DNA from: Octopus sinensis
Lineage: Eukaryota
DNA length: 64,000 nt
Assembly: GCF_006345805.1 (NCBI RefSeq)
Contig: NC_043023.1
Coordinates: forward strand, 14,508,001 to 14,572,000
Reading direction: 5' to 3'
A model generated the notes under the pieces. That model did no database searches and was not told where the DNA came from. It saw nothing but the letters and a program-made list of their open reading frames with translations. The position numbers and the translations under genes were made by a program. This document shows, piece by piece, positions 36,831 through 50,054 of this stretch. Numbering within the stretch: position 1 is the first letter of the stretch; each line of letters begins with the position of its first letter.

Positions 36831-37193
36831 TTATTCTTTTATTCATTTCAGTCATTTGACTGTGGCCATGCTGGAGCGCCGCCTTTAGTCAAGCAAATTG
36901 ACCCCAGGACTTATTCTTTGTAAGCCAGTACTTATTCTATCGGTCTCTTTTGCCGAACCACTAAGTGACAGGAACGTAAACACACCAGCATCAAAGTCAA
37001 GCGATGTTGGGACACACACACACACACACACAAACATATACATACACATACATATATGTGTGTGGTGCTTTTTATGTGCCACCGGCACAAGGGCCAGAGG
37101 AGGCTGGCAACGGCCACGATTGGTTGGTGCATTTTATGCGCCACCGGCACAGGTATCACGTGTATTTATTATTGATTTGGTAGGGTGTTGAAG

Positions 37194-37440
37194 GTGGAGG
37201 CGCGTGGCTTAGTGGTTAGGGTGTCAGCACCATGATCGTAAGATTGTGGTTTCGATTCCTGGACTGGGCGATGTGTTGTGTTTTTGAGCAAAACACTTTA
37301 TTTCACGTTGCTCCAGTCCACTCAGCTGGCAAAAATGAGTAACGCTGCGATGGACTAGCGTCCCGTCCAGCTAGGGAACACATATGCCATAGAAACTAGG
37401 AAACCGGGCCCATGAGCCTGGCTAGGCTTTAAAAGAGCGC
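37194..37440 (+). mobile_element. tRNA-derived SINE related to family D
   Basis: GTGGAGGCGCGTGGCTTAGTGGTTAG...GGTTTCGATTCC; related copy at 38770-39070. Confidence 0.7.
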
Positions 37441-37770
37441 AAGAAGAAGAAAAGGGTGTTGAAGGAGAAGCAAGGTGTCTTGCTATAGAGATGATTCATA
37501 GCTACCCCGCATTCATATAAGGGTGGGAGGGAGTATCTGGGAGAAAGGTAAGATGGTATGAAAAGGGTACTAGTGTAACAACCCTCAAGTAGAGATGACA
37601 CAAGCAATGGTTCGGGATGAGGGAAGCAGTTATAAAAGTGTAAGGGGATAGTACCCGATGGCTAGAGATGGGACTAGAAGGGGTAGAATAAAGAATAAAG
37701 AAATAGTCAACACTTTCCATTGACAAGTGAGAATATGATACAAGAGCGGTTTGGTGATACCAATACTTAC

Positions 37771-37867
37771 CTTCTGGGAGGTTTGGCATAGTTTGTGTTG
37801 CTTTTGGTACCAGTGACTGACCTTGAGACAGACGACTGAAAGAGGTTGTGCACTGGGCTGCTGGGAT
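37771..37867 (-). CDS. CEP131: CEP131 coding exon 3: DPSSPVHNLFQSSVSRSVTGTKSNTNYAKPPR
   Basis: ttccag acceptor, gtaagt donor; 97 nt, phase 1 to 2. Confidence 0.8.
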
Positions 37868-38513
37868 CTGGAATCAGAAAATGGAAAATGTATCTGGATC
37901 TGTTCCTTCTAAAATGGGTGCTCAGAGTGATGTCAGGAGTGCATGGAATATATACATGCAGATATATATATAGTAATAATATTATTAAAAATAAAAGTAG
38001 GGAATATAATTCCAAACTTACAGGGAAAAATTCAATTCAGTAATTCCAAATCAAATTTCACAATATATAATATAAGTATATAATTAAAAGAAATAACCTC
38101 TATTAAGTAATTCAATAGTGAAAGACTTATCTATATCATATAGAAACATTAAATATACTATAATAAATATTATTCAAAACATCACTAAATAAAATAAACA
38201 TTGAATTGACTACGTGCGTTTTGTGACTATATGTTTAAATCGATAATAATAATATCAATACTATTTAAATTAATTTGATTTAAAAATATAGCCACTCTTC
38301 AGGTCTAAAGTAATAATAAAATAAATGTAGGTATGTTAATATATAATAAATAAATATAGAAATATACATATCTTAACTATAAATAATCGAATAAATGATT
38401 ATGATGATCATCATCATTTAACGTCCGCTTTCCATGCTAGCATGGGTTGGACATAACAATATTAATGAAAAATAAAATCATAACTTATTTTATTGAAGAA
38501 TTCCAGTTAACTC

Positions 38514-38554
<41 letters not shown>

Positions 38555-39097
38555 TCATAACTAAGGGTATCTAAGAGATACCACCATGCTTGAAATAGCA
38601 GTCAAAACCTGACTCTAAAACCACATTATGTATTTAATACAGGACAAGATGAAAAGACAAATACAGGCCCAGCATCCAAAGATCTTTTCTCACCACTTCA
38701 TCCCACATCTTCCTGGGTCTACCTCTTCCACAGGTACCCTCCACACTTAGAGCTTGGCATTTCTTCATGTGTGGAGGCACATGGCCTAGTGGTTAGAGCA
38801 GTGGACTCGCAGCCGAGGGATCGCGTGTTTGAATCTCAGACCAGGCGATGTGCGTTTATGAGTGAAACACCTAAGCTCCATGCGGCTCCGGCAAAAAGAA
38901 TAGCGAAATTCTGCTGACTTTTTTACCACAACTTTCTCTCACTCTTACCTCCTGCATCTAGCAGCTCACATGTGACAGACCGGTGTCCCATCCAGGTGGG
39001 GAACCTATACGTCAATTAAACCAGGAAACCGGCCCTAATGAGCCAGGTATGGCTCAAGAAGGAACAAATGACAACAACACTTCTTTATGCATTGATA

Positions 39098-39258
39098 TAG
39101 GAGTGGCTGTGTGGTAAGTAGATAGCTTACCAACCACATGGTTCTGGGTTCAGTCCCACTGCGTGGCACCTTGGGCAAGTGTCTTCTACTATAGCCTCGA
39201 GCCGACCAAAGCCTTGTGAGTGGATTTGGTAGACGGAGACTGATAGAAGCCCGTCATA

Positions 39259-39318
<60 letters not shown>

Positions 39319-39540
39319 AGTGTGTGTGTGTTTGTGTATCTGTGTTTGTTCCCTCAACATCGCTTGACAACCGATGCTGGTGAGTTCATGTCCCCATAAC
39401 TTAGCGATTCGGCAAAAGAGACTGATAGAATAAGTACTAGGCTTACAAAGAATAAGTCCTGGGGTCGATTTGCTCGACTAAAGGCAGTGCTCCAGCATGG
39501 CCACAGTCAAATGACTGAAGCAAGTAAAAGAGTAAAGAGT
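39098..39540 (+). mobile_element. SINE family A
   Basis: Full head and tail. Confidence 0.85.
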
Positions 39541-39907
39541 AAGATGCAAATCACCACACCTCCCTATCGCTTGTCATCCCCTCTGTGAGGCCCAGTGTCT
39601 GAAGATCCTCTCTCACCACTTCGTCCCATGTCTTTCTGCCTTTACCCCTTCCACTGCTTTCCTCCTCAATTAGAGCTCATCACTTCTTTACCCAGCTGTC
39701 CTCATCCATACGCACCACATGTCAAAACCAACGCAGTCTTCTCTCTTGCACACAACATCCGATGTCTCTTATACCCAGTTTTCTTCTTAAAATCATTTAC
39801 CCTCTGTCATGCATGCACACGGACATTACCCATCCAGTGGAGTGCAAGTCCTCTGTCGTCAAAGCCCTTGTACATAAACAAGAGTCTACTAAGAATGTTG
39901 GCTTTAC

Positions 39908-39971
39908 CTGTCTTCCTTCTTGAGGATTCAGAAATCAGTGAGGTATTGCTTTTAGCAGACAAGGGCCGTTT
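39908..39971 (-). CDS. CEP131: CEP131 coding exon 2: KRPLSAKSNTSLISESSRRKT
   Basis: ttccatag acceptor, gtaaag donor; 64 nt, phase 0 to 1, fits both neighbours. Confidence 0.75.
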
Positions 39972-41618
39972 CTATGGAAACAGAAAGGAAAAATAAATAA
40001 TAAAATTGCTTCAACATTATTAATATTTAACAAATTACATGTGAAAAAATTTATGTAGTTTGTATCATCATCATCATCATCATCATCATTTAACGTCTGT
40101 TTTCCATGCTAGCATGGGTTGAACGGTTTTGACTGAGGGCTGGTGAACCAGATAGCTGCACCAGGCTCCAGTCTTGATCTGACAGAGTTTCTACAGCTGG
40201 ATGCCCTTCCTAACGCCAACCACTCCGAGAGTGTTGTGGGTGCTTTTTACGTGCCACCTGCATGGGAGCCAGTCAGGTGGTACTGGCAATAACCTCGCTC
40301 GAATCTTTTTACACGTGCCACTGGCACAGGTGCCAGTGAAGCGACGTTGGTAACGATCACGCTCGAATGGTGCCCTTTTACATACCAAGGGTACGGAAGC
40401 CAGTTGGCTGCTCTGGCAACGATCACAACGTATATATTGCTTAAGTGTTTGTTCAGGACAGGCAGTCTACAAGCTCATATTAGTTACTAGTATTGATTGA
40501 GCTATTATAATGTTATCACTTTCCAGTCAGCACAGGGTTATCTCTCTTAGGTATCCGCTACTGAGGAGGGCACAATGAACCAGAATTGCCTCAAAGGATC
40601 CAATAGAGGGGACCACTGAGCTGATATTGAAGCGAGAATTTTTTCTTCACAATAAACTGCAATGAAATTATCTTCATAGTTAAAATTTCACAAACATATG
40701 CGATAGCACATGGGAAAACTTGTCAGATCATCATCATCATCATCATCGGTTAACATCCGCTTTCCATGCTAGCATGGGTTGGACAATTTGACTGAGGGCT
40801 GGCGAACCAGATGGCTGCGCCAAGCTCCAATCTGATCTGGCAGAGTTTCTATACCTGGATGCCCTTCCTAATGCCAACCACTCCGAGAGTGTAGTGGGTG
40901 CTTTTAAAGTGCCACCGGCGCGAGGGCCAGTCTGGCGGTACTGGCAACGGCCACGCTCAAAAAATGGTGTTTTTTATGTGCCACCTGCACAGGAGTCAGT
41001 CCAGCAGCACTGGCAACAACCTCACTCGAATGTTTTGTTCACATGCCACCGGCACTGCTAAATAAACACTTGACAACTGGTGTTGGTTTGTTTCTGTTCT
41101 ATAATTCTTCAGTTTGGTAAAAAAAAAAAGACTGATAAAATAAGTTCAAAACTTGAAAGTACTGGGGCTGGTTTGTTTGACTAAAGAAGAACCCCTGCAA
41201 GGCATTGCTCCAGCATGGCCGCAGTCCAATCAAGGAAACAAGTAAGAAATAGAAAATAATAATTTACAAAGGAGTGGTTGTGTGGTGAGAAGTTTGCCTC
41301 CTAACCACATGGTTCCAGGTTCAGTCCCACTTTGAGGCCCTTGAGCAAGTATCTTCTACTATGGCCTCCGGCTGATCAAAGCCTTGTGAGTGGATTTGGT
41401 AGATGGAAATTGAAAGAAGCCCATCATATATATATATATATATTGGGCCTCACAGAGGCAATGATGAAAGACCGAGATCTCTGGAGATATGTTGTGACTG
41501 TGAAGACCCGATAAATAACGTGAATACATGGCTGTTTCCTGCAACAGCTTCACACAGCAGCCCCAGACCATCCAAAGTACCTTGGATCGCAGGATGGCCT
41601 GCTGTGTTTACCTTAGAT

Positions 41619-41896
41619 CAGTGCTTTTCAAACTTTTTGCTGGAGCGGAACCTCAAGGAAACATTCCACTGGTTCGAGGAACCCCTGTGCAATAATTTAA
41701 TAGTCTTATGCACACATATCCCCCCTACATGGCCTTGCTTTTTGCTTTTTGAGCCAAAAAATTAACTAACTAAAATATCTGCACAGGAGAATTACAAATT
41801 ACTGCCGATTTTAGCAGTTTTGTAACTTCTTGCGGAACACCTGCACTGTACTGGCGGAATCCTAAGGTTCCGTGGAACCCTGGTTGAAAACCACTG
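41619..41896. mobile_element. hAT (Charlie-like) MITE, 278 bp
   Basis: TIRs CAGTGCTTTTCAA / TTGAAAACCACTG; perfect 8-bp TSD CCTTAGAT (41611-18, 41897-904). Confidence 0.9.
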
Positions 41897-42069
41897 CCTT
41901 AGATCATAGGGCGACCGGCTGTGCTTGATGAGACCTACTGAGTCAAGTACATCAACATCAAAATAAACATCAAGTGGAAATTGTAGTTGTGATACCTGTG
42001 CCGGTGGCACATAAAAAGCACCATCCGAACGTGGCCGATGCCAGTGCCACCTCGACTGGCTTCCATGCT

Positions 42070-45000
42070 GGTGGCATATAAAAAGCACCAACCGATCATG
42101 GCTGGTGGCATGTAAAAAGCACCATCCGAACGTGGCCGATGCCAGCACAGCCTTGACTGGCATCCGTGCCGGTGGCATATAAAAAGCACCAACCGATCAT
42201 GGCTGGTGGCATGTAAAAAGCACCATCCGAACGTGGCCGATGCCAGCACAGCCTTGACTGGCATCCGTGCCGGTGGCATATAAAAAGCACCAACCGATCA
42301 TGGCTGGTGGCATGTAAAAAGCACCATCCGAACGTGGCCGATGCCAGTGCCACCTCGACTGGCTTCCATGCTGGTGGCATATAAAAAGCACCAACCGATC
42401 ATGGCTGGTGGCATGTAAAAAGCACCATCCGAACGTGGCCGATGCCAGCACAGCCTTGACTGGCATCCGTGCCGGTGGCATATAAAAAGCACCAACCGAT
42501 CATGGCTGGTGGCATGTAAAAAGCACCATCCGAACGTGGCCGATGCCAGCACAGCCTGACTGGCATCCATGCCGGTGGCATATAAAAGCACCAACCGATC
42601 ATGGCTGGTGGCATGTAAAAAGCACCATCCGAACGTGGCCGATGCCAGCACAGCCTTGACTGGCATTCCGTGCCGGTGGCATATAAAAAGCACCAACCGA
42701 TCAGGCTGGTGGCATGTAAAAAGCACCATCCGAACGTGGCCGATGCCAGCACAGCCTTGACTGGCATCCGTGCTGGTGGCAGATAAAAAAGCACCAACGA
42801 TCATGGCTGGTGGCAGTATAAAAAGCACCATCCGAACGTGGCCGATGCCAGCACAGCCTTGACTGGCATCCGTGCCGGTGGCATATAAAAAGCACCAAAC
42901 CGATATGGTCTGGTGGCATGTAAAAAGCACCATCCGAACGGGACGTGGCCGATGCAAGCACAGCCTTGACGGCATCCGTGCCGGTGCATATAAAAAGCAC
43001 CAACCGATCATGGCTGGTGGCATGTAAAAAGCACCATCCGAACGTGGCCGATGCCAGCACAGCCTTGACTGGCATCCGTGCAGGTGGCATATAAAAAGCA
43101 CCAACGATCATGGCTGGTGGCATGTGTAAAAAGCACCATCCGAACGTGGCCGATGCAGCACAGCCTTGACTGGCATCCGTGCCGGTTGGCATATAAAAAG
43201 CCACAAACCGATCATGGCTGGTGCATGTAAAAGCACCATCCGAACGTGGCCGATGCCAGCACAGCCTTGACTGGCATCCGTGCCGGGGCATATAAAAAGC
43301 ACAACCGATCATGGCTGGTGGCATGTAAAAAGCAAATCCGAACGTGGCCGATGCCAGCACAGCCTTGAATGGCATCCGTGCCGTGGCATAAAAAAGCACC
43401 AACCGATCATGGCTGTGGCATGTAAAAAAGCACCATCCGAACGTGGCCGATGCCAGCACAGCCTTGACTGGCACGTGCCGGTGGCATATAAAAAGCACCA
43501 ACCGATCATGGCTGGTGGCATGTAAAAAGCACCATCCGAACGTGGCCGATGCCAGCACAGCCTTGACTGGCATCCGTGCCGGTGGCATATAAAAAGCACA
43601 AACGATCATGGCTGGTGGCATGTAAAAAGCACCATCCGAACGTGGCCGATGCCAGCACAGCCTTGACTGGCATCCGGCCGGTGGCATATAAAAAGCACCA
43701 ACCGATCATGGCTGGTGGCATGTAAAAAGCACCATCCGAACGTGGCGATGCCAGCACAGCTTGACTGGCATCCGTGCCGGTGGCATATAAAAAGCACCAT
43801 CCGATCATGGCTGGTGGCATGTAAAAAGCACCATCCGAACGTGGCCGATGCCAGCACAGCCTTGACTGGCATCCGTGCCGGTGGCATATAAAAAGCACAA
43901 CCAACCGATCATGGCTGGTGGCATGTAAAAAGCACCATCCGACGTGGCCGATGCCAGGCAAGCCTTGACTGGCATCCGTGCCGGTGGCATATAAAAAGCA
44001 CCATCCGATCATGGCTGGTGGCATGTAAAAAGCACCATCCGAACGTGGCCGATGCCAGCACAGCCTTGACTGGCATCCGTGGCCGGTGGCATATACAAAG
44101 CCCCAAACGATCAGGCTGGTGGCATGTAAAAAGCACCATCCGAACGTGGCCGATGCCAGCCACAGCCTTGACTGGCATCCGTGCCGGTGGATATAAAAAG
44201 CACCATCGATCATGGATGGTGGCATGTAAAAAGCACCATTCGAACGGGCGATGCCAGCACAGCCTGACTGGCATCCTGCGGTGGCATATAAAAAGCACCA
44301 ACCGATCATGGCTGGTGGCATGTAAAAAGCACCATCCGAACGTGGCCGATGCCAGCACAGCCTTGACTGGCATCCGTGCGGTGGCATATAAAAAGCACCA
44401 ACGATCATGGCTGGTGGCATGTAAAAAGCACCATCCGAACGTGGCCGATGCCAGCACAGCCTTGACTGGCATCCGTGCCGGTGGCATATAAAAAGCACCA
44501 ACCGATCATGCTGGGGCATGTAAAAAGCACCATCCGAACGTGGCCGATGCCAGCACAGCCTTGACTGGCATCGTGCCGGTGGCATATAAAAAGCACCAAC
44601 CGATCATGGCTGGTGGCATGTAAAAAAGCACCATCCGAACGTGGCCGATGCCAGCACAGCCTTGACTGGCATCCGTGCCGGTGGCATATAAAAAGCACCA
44701 ACCGATCATGGCTGGTGGCATGTAAAAAGCACCATCCGAACGTGGCCGATGCCAGCACAGCCTTGACTGGCATCGTGCCGGTGGCATATAAAAAGCACAA
44801 CCGATCATGGCTGGTGGCATGTAAAAAAGCACCATCCGAACGTGGCCGATGCCAGCACAGCCTTGACTGGCATCCGTGCCGGTGGCATATAAAAAGCACC
44901 AACCGATCATGGCTGGTGGCATGTAAAAAGCACCATCCGAACGTGGCCGATGCCAGCACAGCCTTGACTGGCATCCGTGCCGGTGGCATATAAAAAGCAC

Positions 45001-46440
45001 CAACCGATCATGGCTGGTGGCATGTTAAAAAGCACCATCCGAACGTGCCGATGCCAGCACAGCCTTGACTGGCATCCGTGCCGGTGGCATATAAAAAGCA
45101 CCAACCGATCATGGCTGGTGGCATGTAAAAAGCACCATCCGAACGTGGCCGATGCCAGCACAGCCTTGACTGGCATCCGTGCCGGTGGCCATATAAAAAG
45201 CACCAACCGATCATGGCTGGGGCATGTAAAAAGCACCATCCGAACGTGGCCGATGCCAGCACAGCCTTGACTGGCATCCGTGCCGGTGGCATATAAAAAG
45301 CACCAACCGATCATGGCTGGTGGCATGTAAAAAGCACCATCCGAACGTGGCCGATGCCAGCACAGCCTTGACTGGCATCCGTGCCGGCATTAAAAAAGCA
45401 CCAACGATCATGGCTGGTGGCATGGCATATAAAAGCACCATCCGAACCGATGGCCGATGCCCCAGCCTTGCCTGGCATCCGTGCCTGGCATATAAAAAGC
45501 ACCACCCCGATTGGCTGGTGCTGGGGGGTGTAAAAAGCCCATCCGAACGTGGCCGATGCCAGCACAGCATTGACTGGCATCCGTGCCGGTGGCATATAAA
45601 AAGCACCACAAACCGATCATGGCTGGTGGCATGTAAAAAGCACCATCCGAACGTGGCCGATGCCAGCACAGCCTGACTGGCATCCGTGCCGGTGGCATAT
45701 AAAAAGCACCAACCGATCATGGCTGGTGGCATGTAAAAAGCACCATCCGAACGTGGCCGATGCCAGCACAGCTTGACTGGCATCCGTTGCCGGTGGCATA
45801 TAAAAAGCACCAACCGATCATGGCTGGTGGCATGTAAAAAAGCACCATCCGAACGGGCCGATGCCAGCACAGCCTTGACTGGCATCCGTGCCGGTGGCAT
45901 ATAAAAAGCACCAACCGATCATGGCTGGTGGCATGTAAAAAGCACCATCCGAACGTGGCCGATGCCAGCACAGCCTTGACTGGCATCCGTGCCGGTGGCA
46001 TATAAAAAGCACCAACGATCATGGCTGGTGGCATGTAAAAAGCACCATCCGAACGTGGCCGATGCCAGCACAGCCTTGACTGGCATCCGTGCCGGTGGCA
46101 TATAAAAAGCACCAACCGATCATGGCTGGTGGCATGTAAAAAGCACCATCCGAACGTGGCGATGCCAGCACAGCCTTGACTGGCATCCGTGCCGGTGGCA
46201 TATAAAAAGCACCAACCGATCATGGCTGGTGGCATGTAAAAAAGCACCATCCGAACGTGGCCGATGCCAGCACAGCCTTGACTGGCATCCGTGCCGGTGG
46301 CATATAAAAAGCACCAACCGATCATGGCTGGTGGCATGTAAAAAGCACCATCCGAACGTGGCCGATGCCAGCACAGCCTTGACTGGCATCCATGCCGGTG
46401 GCATATAAAAAGCACCAACCGTTCATGGCTGGTGGCATGT
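42070..46440. repeat. 101-bp tandem satellite, about 43 copies
   Basis: GGTGGCATATAAAAAGC at 42171, 42272 etc.; source of all ORFs between 41792 and 46418. Confidence 0.95.
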
Positions 46441-47560
46441 AAAAAGCACCCACTACACTCACGGAGAGGTTGGTGTTAGGAAGGGCATCCAGCTGTAGAA
46501 ACTCTCAGACTGGAGCCTGGTGCAGCCTCCTGGCTTCCCAGACCCTGGTTGTACAGTCCAACTCATGCTAGCATGGAAAATGGACGTTAAACGATGATAT
46601 ATATATATACTTATAAATTGAGGATATAATCATTAAAATTATTATATCAGTGGCTAGTTCTTTTACTCATTTACGGATTGACTGAGGACTGGCGAACCAG
46701 ATGGCTGCACCAGGCTCCAATCAGATCTGGCAAGGTTTCTACAGCTGGATGCCTTCCTAAAGCCAACCACTCCGAGAGTGCAGTGGGTGCTTTTTACATG
46801 CCACCAGCACAGGGGCAGGTCGTTAGTATTTTTCTTTTGTTGCTAATTATGTAATTGGGAAAAGCATGAACGACACATATTTCCACATCTCTTAAAATCA
46901 AAGAACATAAGCATGTATGAAATTAAAGCAACTGCCTATCACAATTAAAACAATGTCATAAATACAGTTCGTTAAATTTTAAGATTAAATTAATTTTAGA
47001 AGGGAAACGTGCGTGTATGTAACTTTGTATTAGTGTTTGTCCCCCACCACCACTTGTCCCCATAACCTAGCAGTTCAGCAAAAGAGACCATTAGAATAAT
47101 TACATCATCATCATCATCCTCATCATCGTTTAACGTCCGCTTTCCATACTAGCGAGGTTTGGATGATTTTGACTGAGGGCTGGCAAACCAGATGGCTGCT
47201 CCAGGCTCCAATCTTGATCTGGCAGAGTTTCTACTGCTGGATGCCCTTCCTAATGCCAACCATTCTGAGAGTGTAGCAGGTGCTTTTATGTGCCACCGGC
47301 ACGGGGGCCAGTCAGGCGGTACTGGCAATGACCTCGCTCGAATCTTTTTACACTACGATACTCTCTCTTTTACTTGTTTCAGTCATTTGACTGTGGCCAT
47401 GCTGGAGCACCGCCTTTAGTTGAGCAACTCGACCCCGGGACTTATTCTTTTTGTAAGCCCAGTACTTATTCTATCGGTCTCTTTTTGCCAAACCGCTAAG
47501 TGATGGGGACGTAAACACACCAGCATCGGTTGTCAAGCAATGCTAGGGGAACAAACACAG

Positions 47561-47595
<35 letters not shown>

Positions 47596-47878
47596 ACAGG
47601 CTTCTTTCAGTTTCCGTCTACCAAATCCACTCACAAGGCATTGGTCGGCTCGGGGCTATAGCAGAAGATACTTGCCCAAGATGCCACGCAGTGGGACTGA
47701 ACCCGGAACCATGTGGTTGGTTAGCAAGCTACTTACCACACAGCCACTCATAAAAATTTCTGGGGTCAATTAGCGAGTAAACAATTCCTCAAGGTAGTGC
47801 TCCAGCATGGCCGCAGTCTAATGACAGAAACAAATGATAGGTAAAAGGTATATTAAAAAAAGGAAATACAAAACATAC

Positions 47879-48025
47879 CGGTTTCTTGTCTGTTTCATTG
47901 ACGGAGTTCGGACTTCTCAGTTGCTTAGCAACAGGTGTGCGACACGGAGAGGAGAGCAGAGTCATCTGTGACCCGGACACCTGCAGGTCAGCGCTGTCCT
48001 CATTGATGTTTTTGTGGCTGGACAT
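47879..48025 (-). CDS. CEP131: CEP131 coding exon 1 (ATG at 48025; exon starts 48036): MSSHKNINEDSADLQVSG...ETDKKP
   Basis: Acceptor tttttgtttcag at 48037-38, donor gtatgt at 47878; 147 nt, phase 0; DLQVSG resembles human DLSLTG. Confidence 0.8.
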
Positions 48026-48076
48026 GTTAGTGGGATCTGAAACAAAAAAAAACAAAAAAAAAATTACAGTCTAAAT

Positions 48077-48680
48077 CAGTGGTTCTCAACGTGGGCCCAT
48101 TATGGCCCCTGAGAGCCCATGCAACAAAATACTAAATTGGGGACCCATAATGGTATTTTAAGGGGCGAGCTTGCAGAAATGTTAGCACGCCGGGCGAAAT
48201 ACTTAGCGGTATTTCGTCTGCCGTTACGTTCTGAGTTCAAATTCCGCCGAGGTCGACTTTGCCTTTCATCCTTTCGGAGTCGACAAATTAAGTACCAGTT
48301 ACGCATTGGGGTTGATATAATCGACTTAATCCATTTGTCTGTCCTTGTTTGTCCCCTCTATGTTTAGCTCCTTGTGGGTAGTAAAGAAATAGGTATTTCG
48401 TCTGCCGTTACGTTGTGAGTTCAAATTCCGCCGAGGTCGACTTTGCTTTTCATCCTTTCGGGGTCGACAAATTAAGTACCAGTTACGCACTGGGGTCGAT
48501 CTAATCGACTTAATCCCTTTGTCTGTCCTTGTTTGTCCACTCTATGTTTAGCCCCTTGTGGGTAGTAGAGAAATAGGTATTTTAAGGGGCCACTGAAGAA
48601 AATTTGCTTTAGATGTATGTATTGGTACATATTGCAAGAAACAGCTGGATTTCTTTCTCTAATATTTTACACAGTGGGTG
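48077..48680 (+). mobile_element. hAT-like element left end with nested SINE B dimer (48163-48580)
   Basis: CAGTGGTTCTCAAC terminus; GGTATTTTAAGGGG duplicated around the SINE; right TIR not found. Confidence 0.55.
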
Positions 48681-49085
48681 TAGGAGTGGCTGTGTGGTAA
48701 GTAGCTTGCTTACGAACCATGTGGTTCCGGGTTCAGTCCCACTGCATGGCACCTTGGGCAAGTGTCTTCTACTATAACCTCGGGCCGACCAAAGCCCTGT
48801 GAGTGGATTTGGTAGATGGAAACTGAAAGAAGCCTGTCTTATATATGTATATGTATATATGTGTGTGTGTGTGTTTGTGTGTCTGTGTTTGTCCCCCCAA
48901 CATAGCTTGACAACCGATGCTGGTGTGTTTACGTCCCCATGACTTAGTGGATTGGCAAAAGAGACCAATAGAATAAGTACTAGGCTTACAAAGAATAAGT
49001 CCTGGGGTTGATCTGCTCGACTAAAGGCAGTGCTCCAGCATGGCCGCAACCAAATGACTGAAACAAGTGAAAGAGTAAAAGAGGG
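48680..49085 (+). mobile_element. SINE family A
   Basis: Full head and tail. Confidence 0.85.
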
Positions 49086-50054
49086 TATATAAAACTGTTT
49101 CTACTATATGTACAAGGACTAAAATTTGGAGGCAGGGGGATAGTGGATTACATCGACCCCAGCGCCTGACTAGTACTTCTTTTATCAAGCCCCGAAAGGA
49201 TGAAAGGCAAAGTTGACTTCAATGGGATTTGAACCCAAGATGTAAAGACCAATGAAATGCCACTAAGCATTTTGTCCCATGTGCTAATGATTCTGCCAGT
49301 TCACAGCCTTAATAATCCTTTCTTGTTTCTTTATTGCCCACAAGGGGCTAAATATAGCCTAACGAATTTTTATTTAATTTAACGATTCGGATAGTGCTTT
49401 TTACGGACCCCTGGACTGGAGATACGTAAAAAGCACTATCCGAATTGGGGCCGATGCCAGCGCCGCCTCGACTGGCTTCCGTGTTGGTGGCACGTAAAAA
49501 GCACCATCCGAATCGTGGCCGAAGCCAGTCCTGCCTCGACTGGCTTCCGTGTTGGTGGCACGTAAAAAGCACCAATCCGACCGTGGCCGATGCCAGCCTC
49601 GCCTGGCACCAGTGCAGGTGGCACGTAAAAAGCACCCACTACACTCACGGAGTGGTTGTGTTAGGAAGGGCATCCAGCTGTAGAAACATTGCCAGATAAG
49701 ACCGGAGCCTGGTGCAGCCTTCTGGCTTCCCAGATCCCCGGTCGAACTGTCCAACCCATGCTAGCATGGAGAACGGACGTTAAACGATGATGATGATGAT
49801 GAGATTTACATTTACTGGGACATAACTTCATCAGACATGGGTGTACCCCTGATTAAACCATGTCCCTATCCAGTCACTCCCACCCACCCTTATATAATGC
49901 AGGGTCACTGCAGTAAGACACGTGTTCCTGTCCTTCTATCAGACCCATTTCTTTACTACCCATAAGGGGCTAAACGAGGACAAACGGATTAAGTGGATTA
50001 TATCGACCCCTGGACATGTTTTACACAGTGAACTGGAAACAAATGATAATATAT

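Larger units (their letters stand above)
41443..46600 (+). mobile_element. Family C (RTE-type 3' end) copy with nested hAT MITE and 4.4-kb internal expansion
   Basis: GLTEAMMKDRDLWRYVV at the start, GGACGTTAAACGATGAT at the end; colinear with 22348-22975. Confidence 0.75.
1..48036 (-). other. CEP131: CEP131/AZI1 orthologue, multi-exon gene body (3' end beyond window; probable 5' exon near 60041)
   Basis: Spliced translation matches remembered human CEP131 motifs: IQ-like TMIQQWYRRH, TLSDLLETLKKLE, LTAENL, KLQSIISFLDE, LELDEKKQSVELLQKAL, YENTIKRHLSFIDQLIDDKK, RREKWIEDKTKKIKEMTVKGLEPEIQRLIAKH, EQERRH. 17 exons join in frame. Confidence 0.95.

Noticed and set aside
41792-46418. Dozens of overlapping MPPARMPVKAV/HRHGCQSR ORFs
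   Set aside because: Frames of the 101-bp satellite
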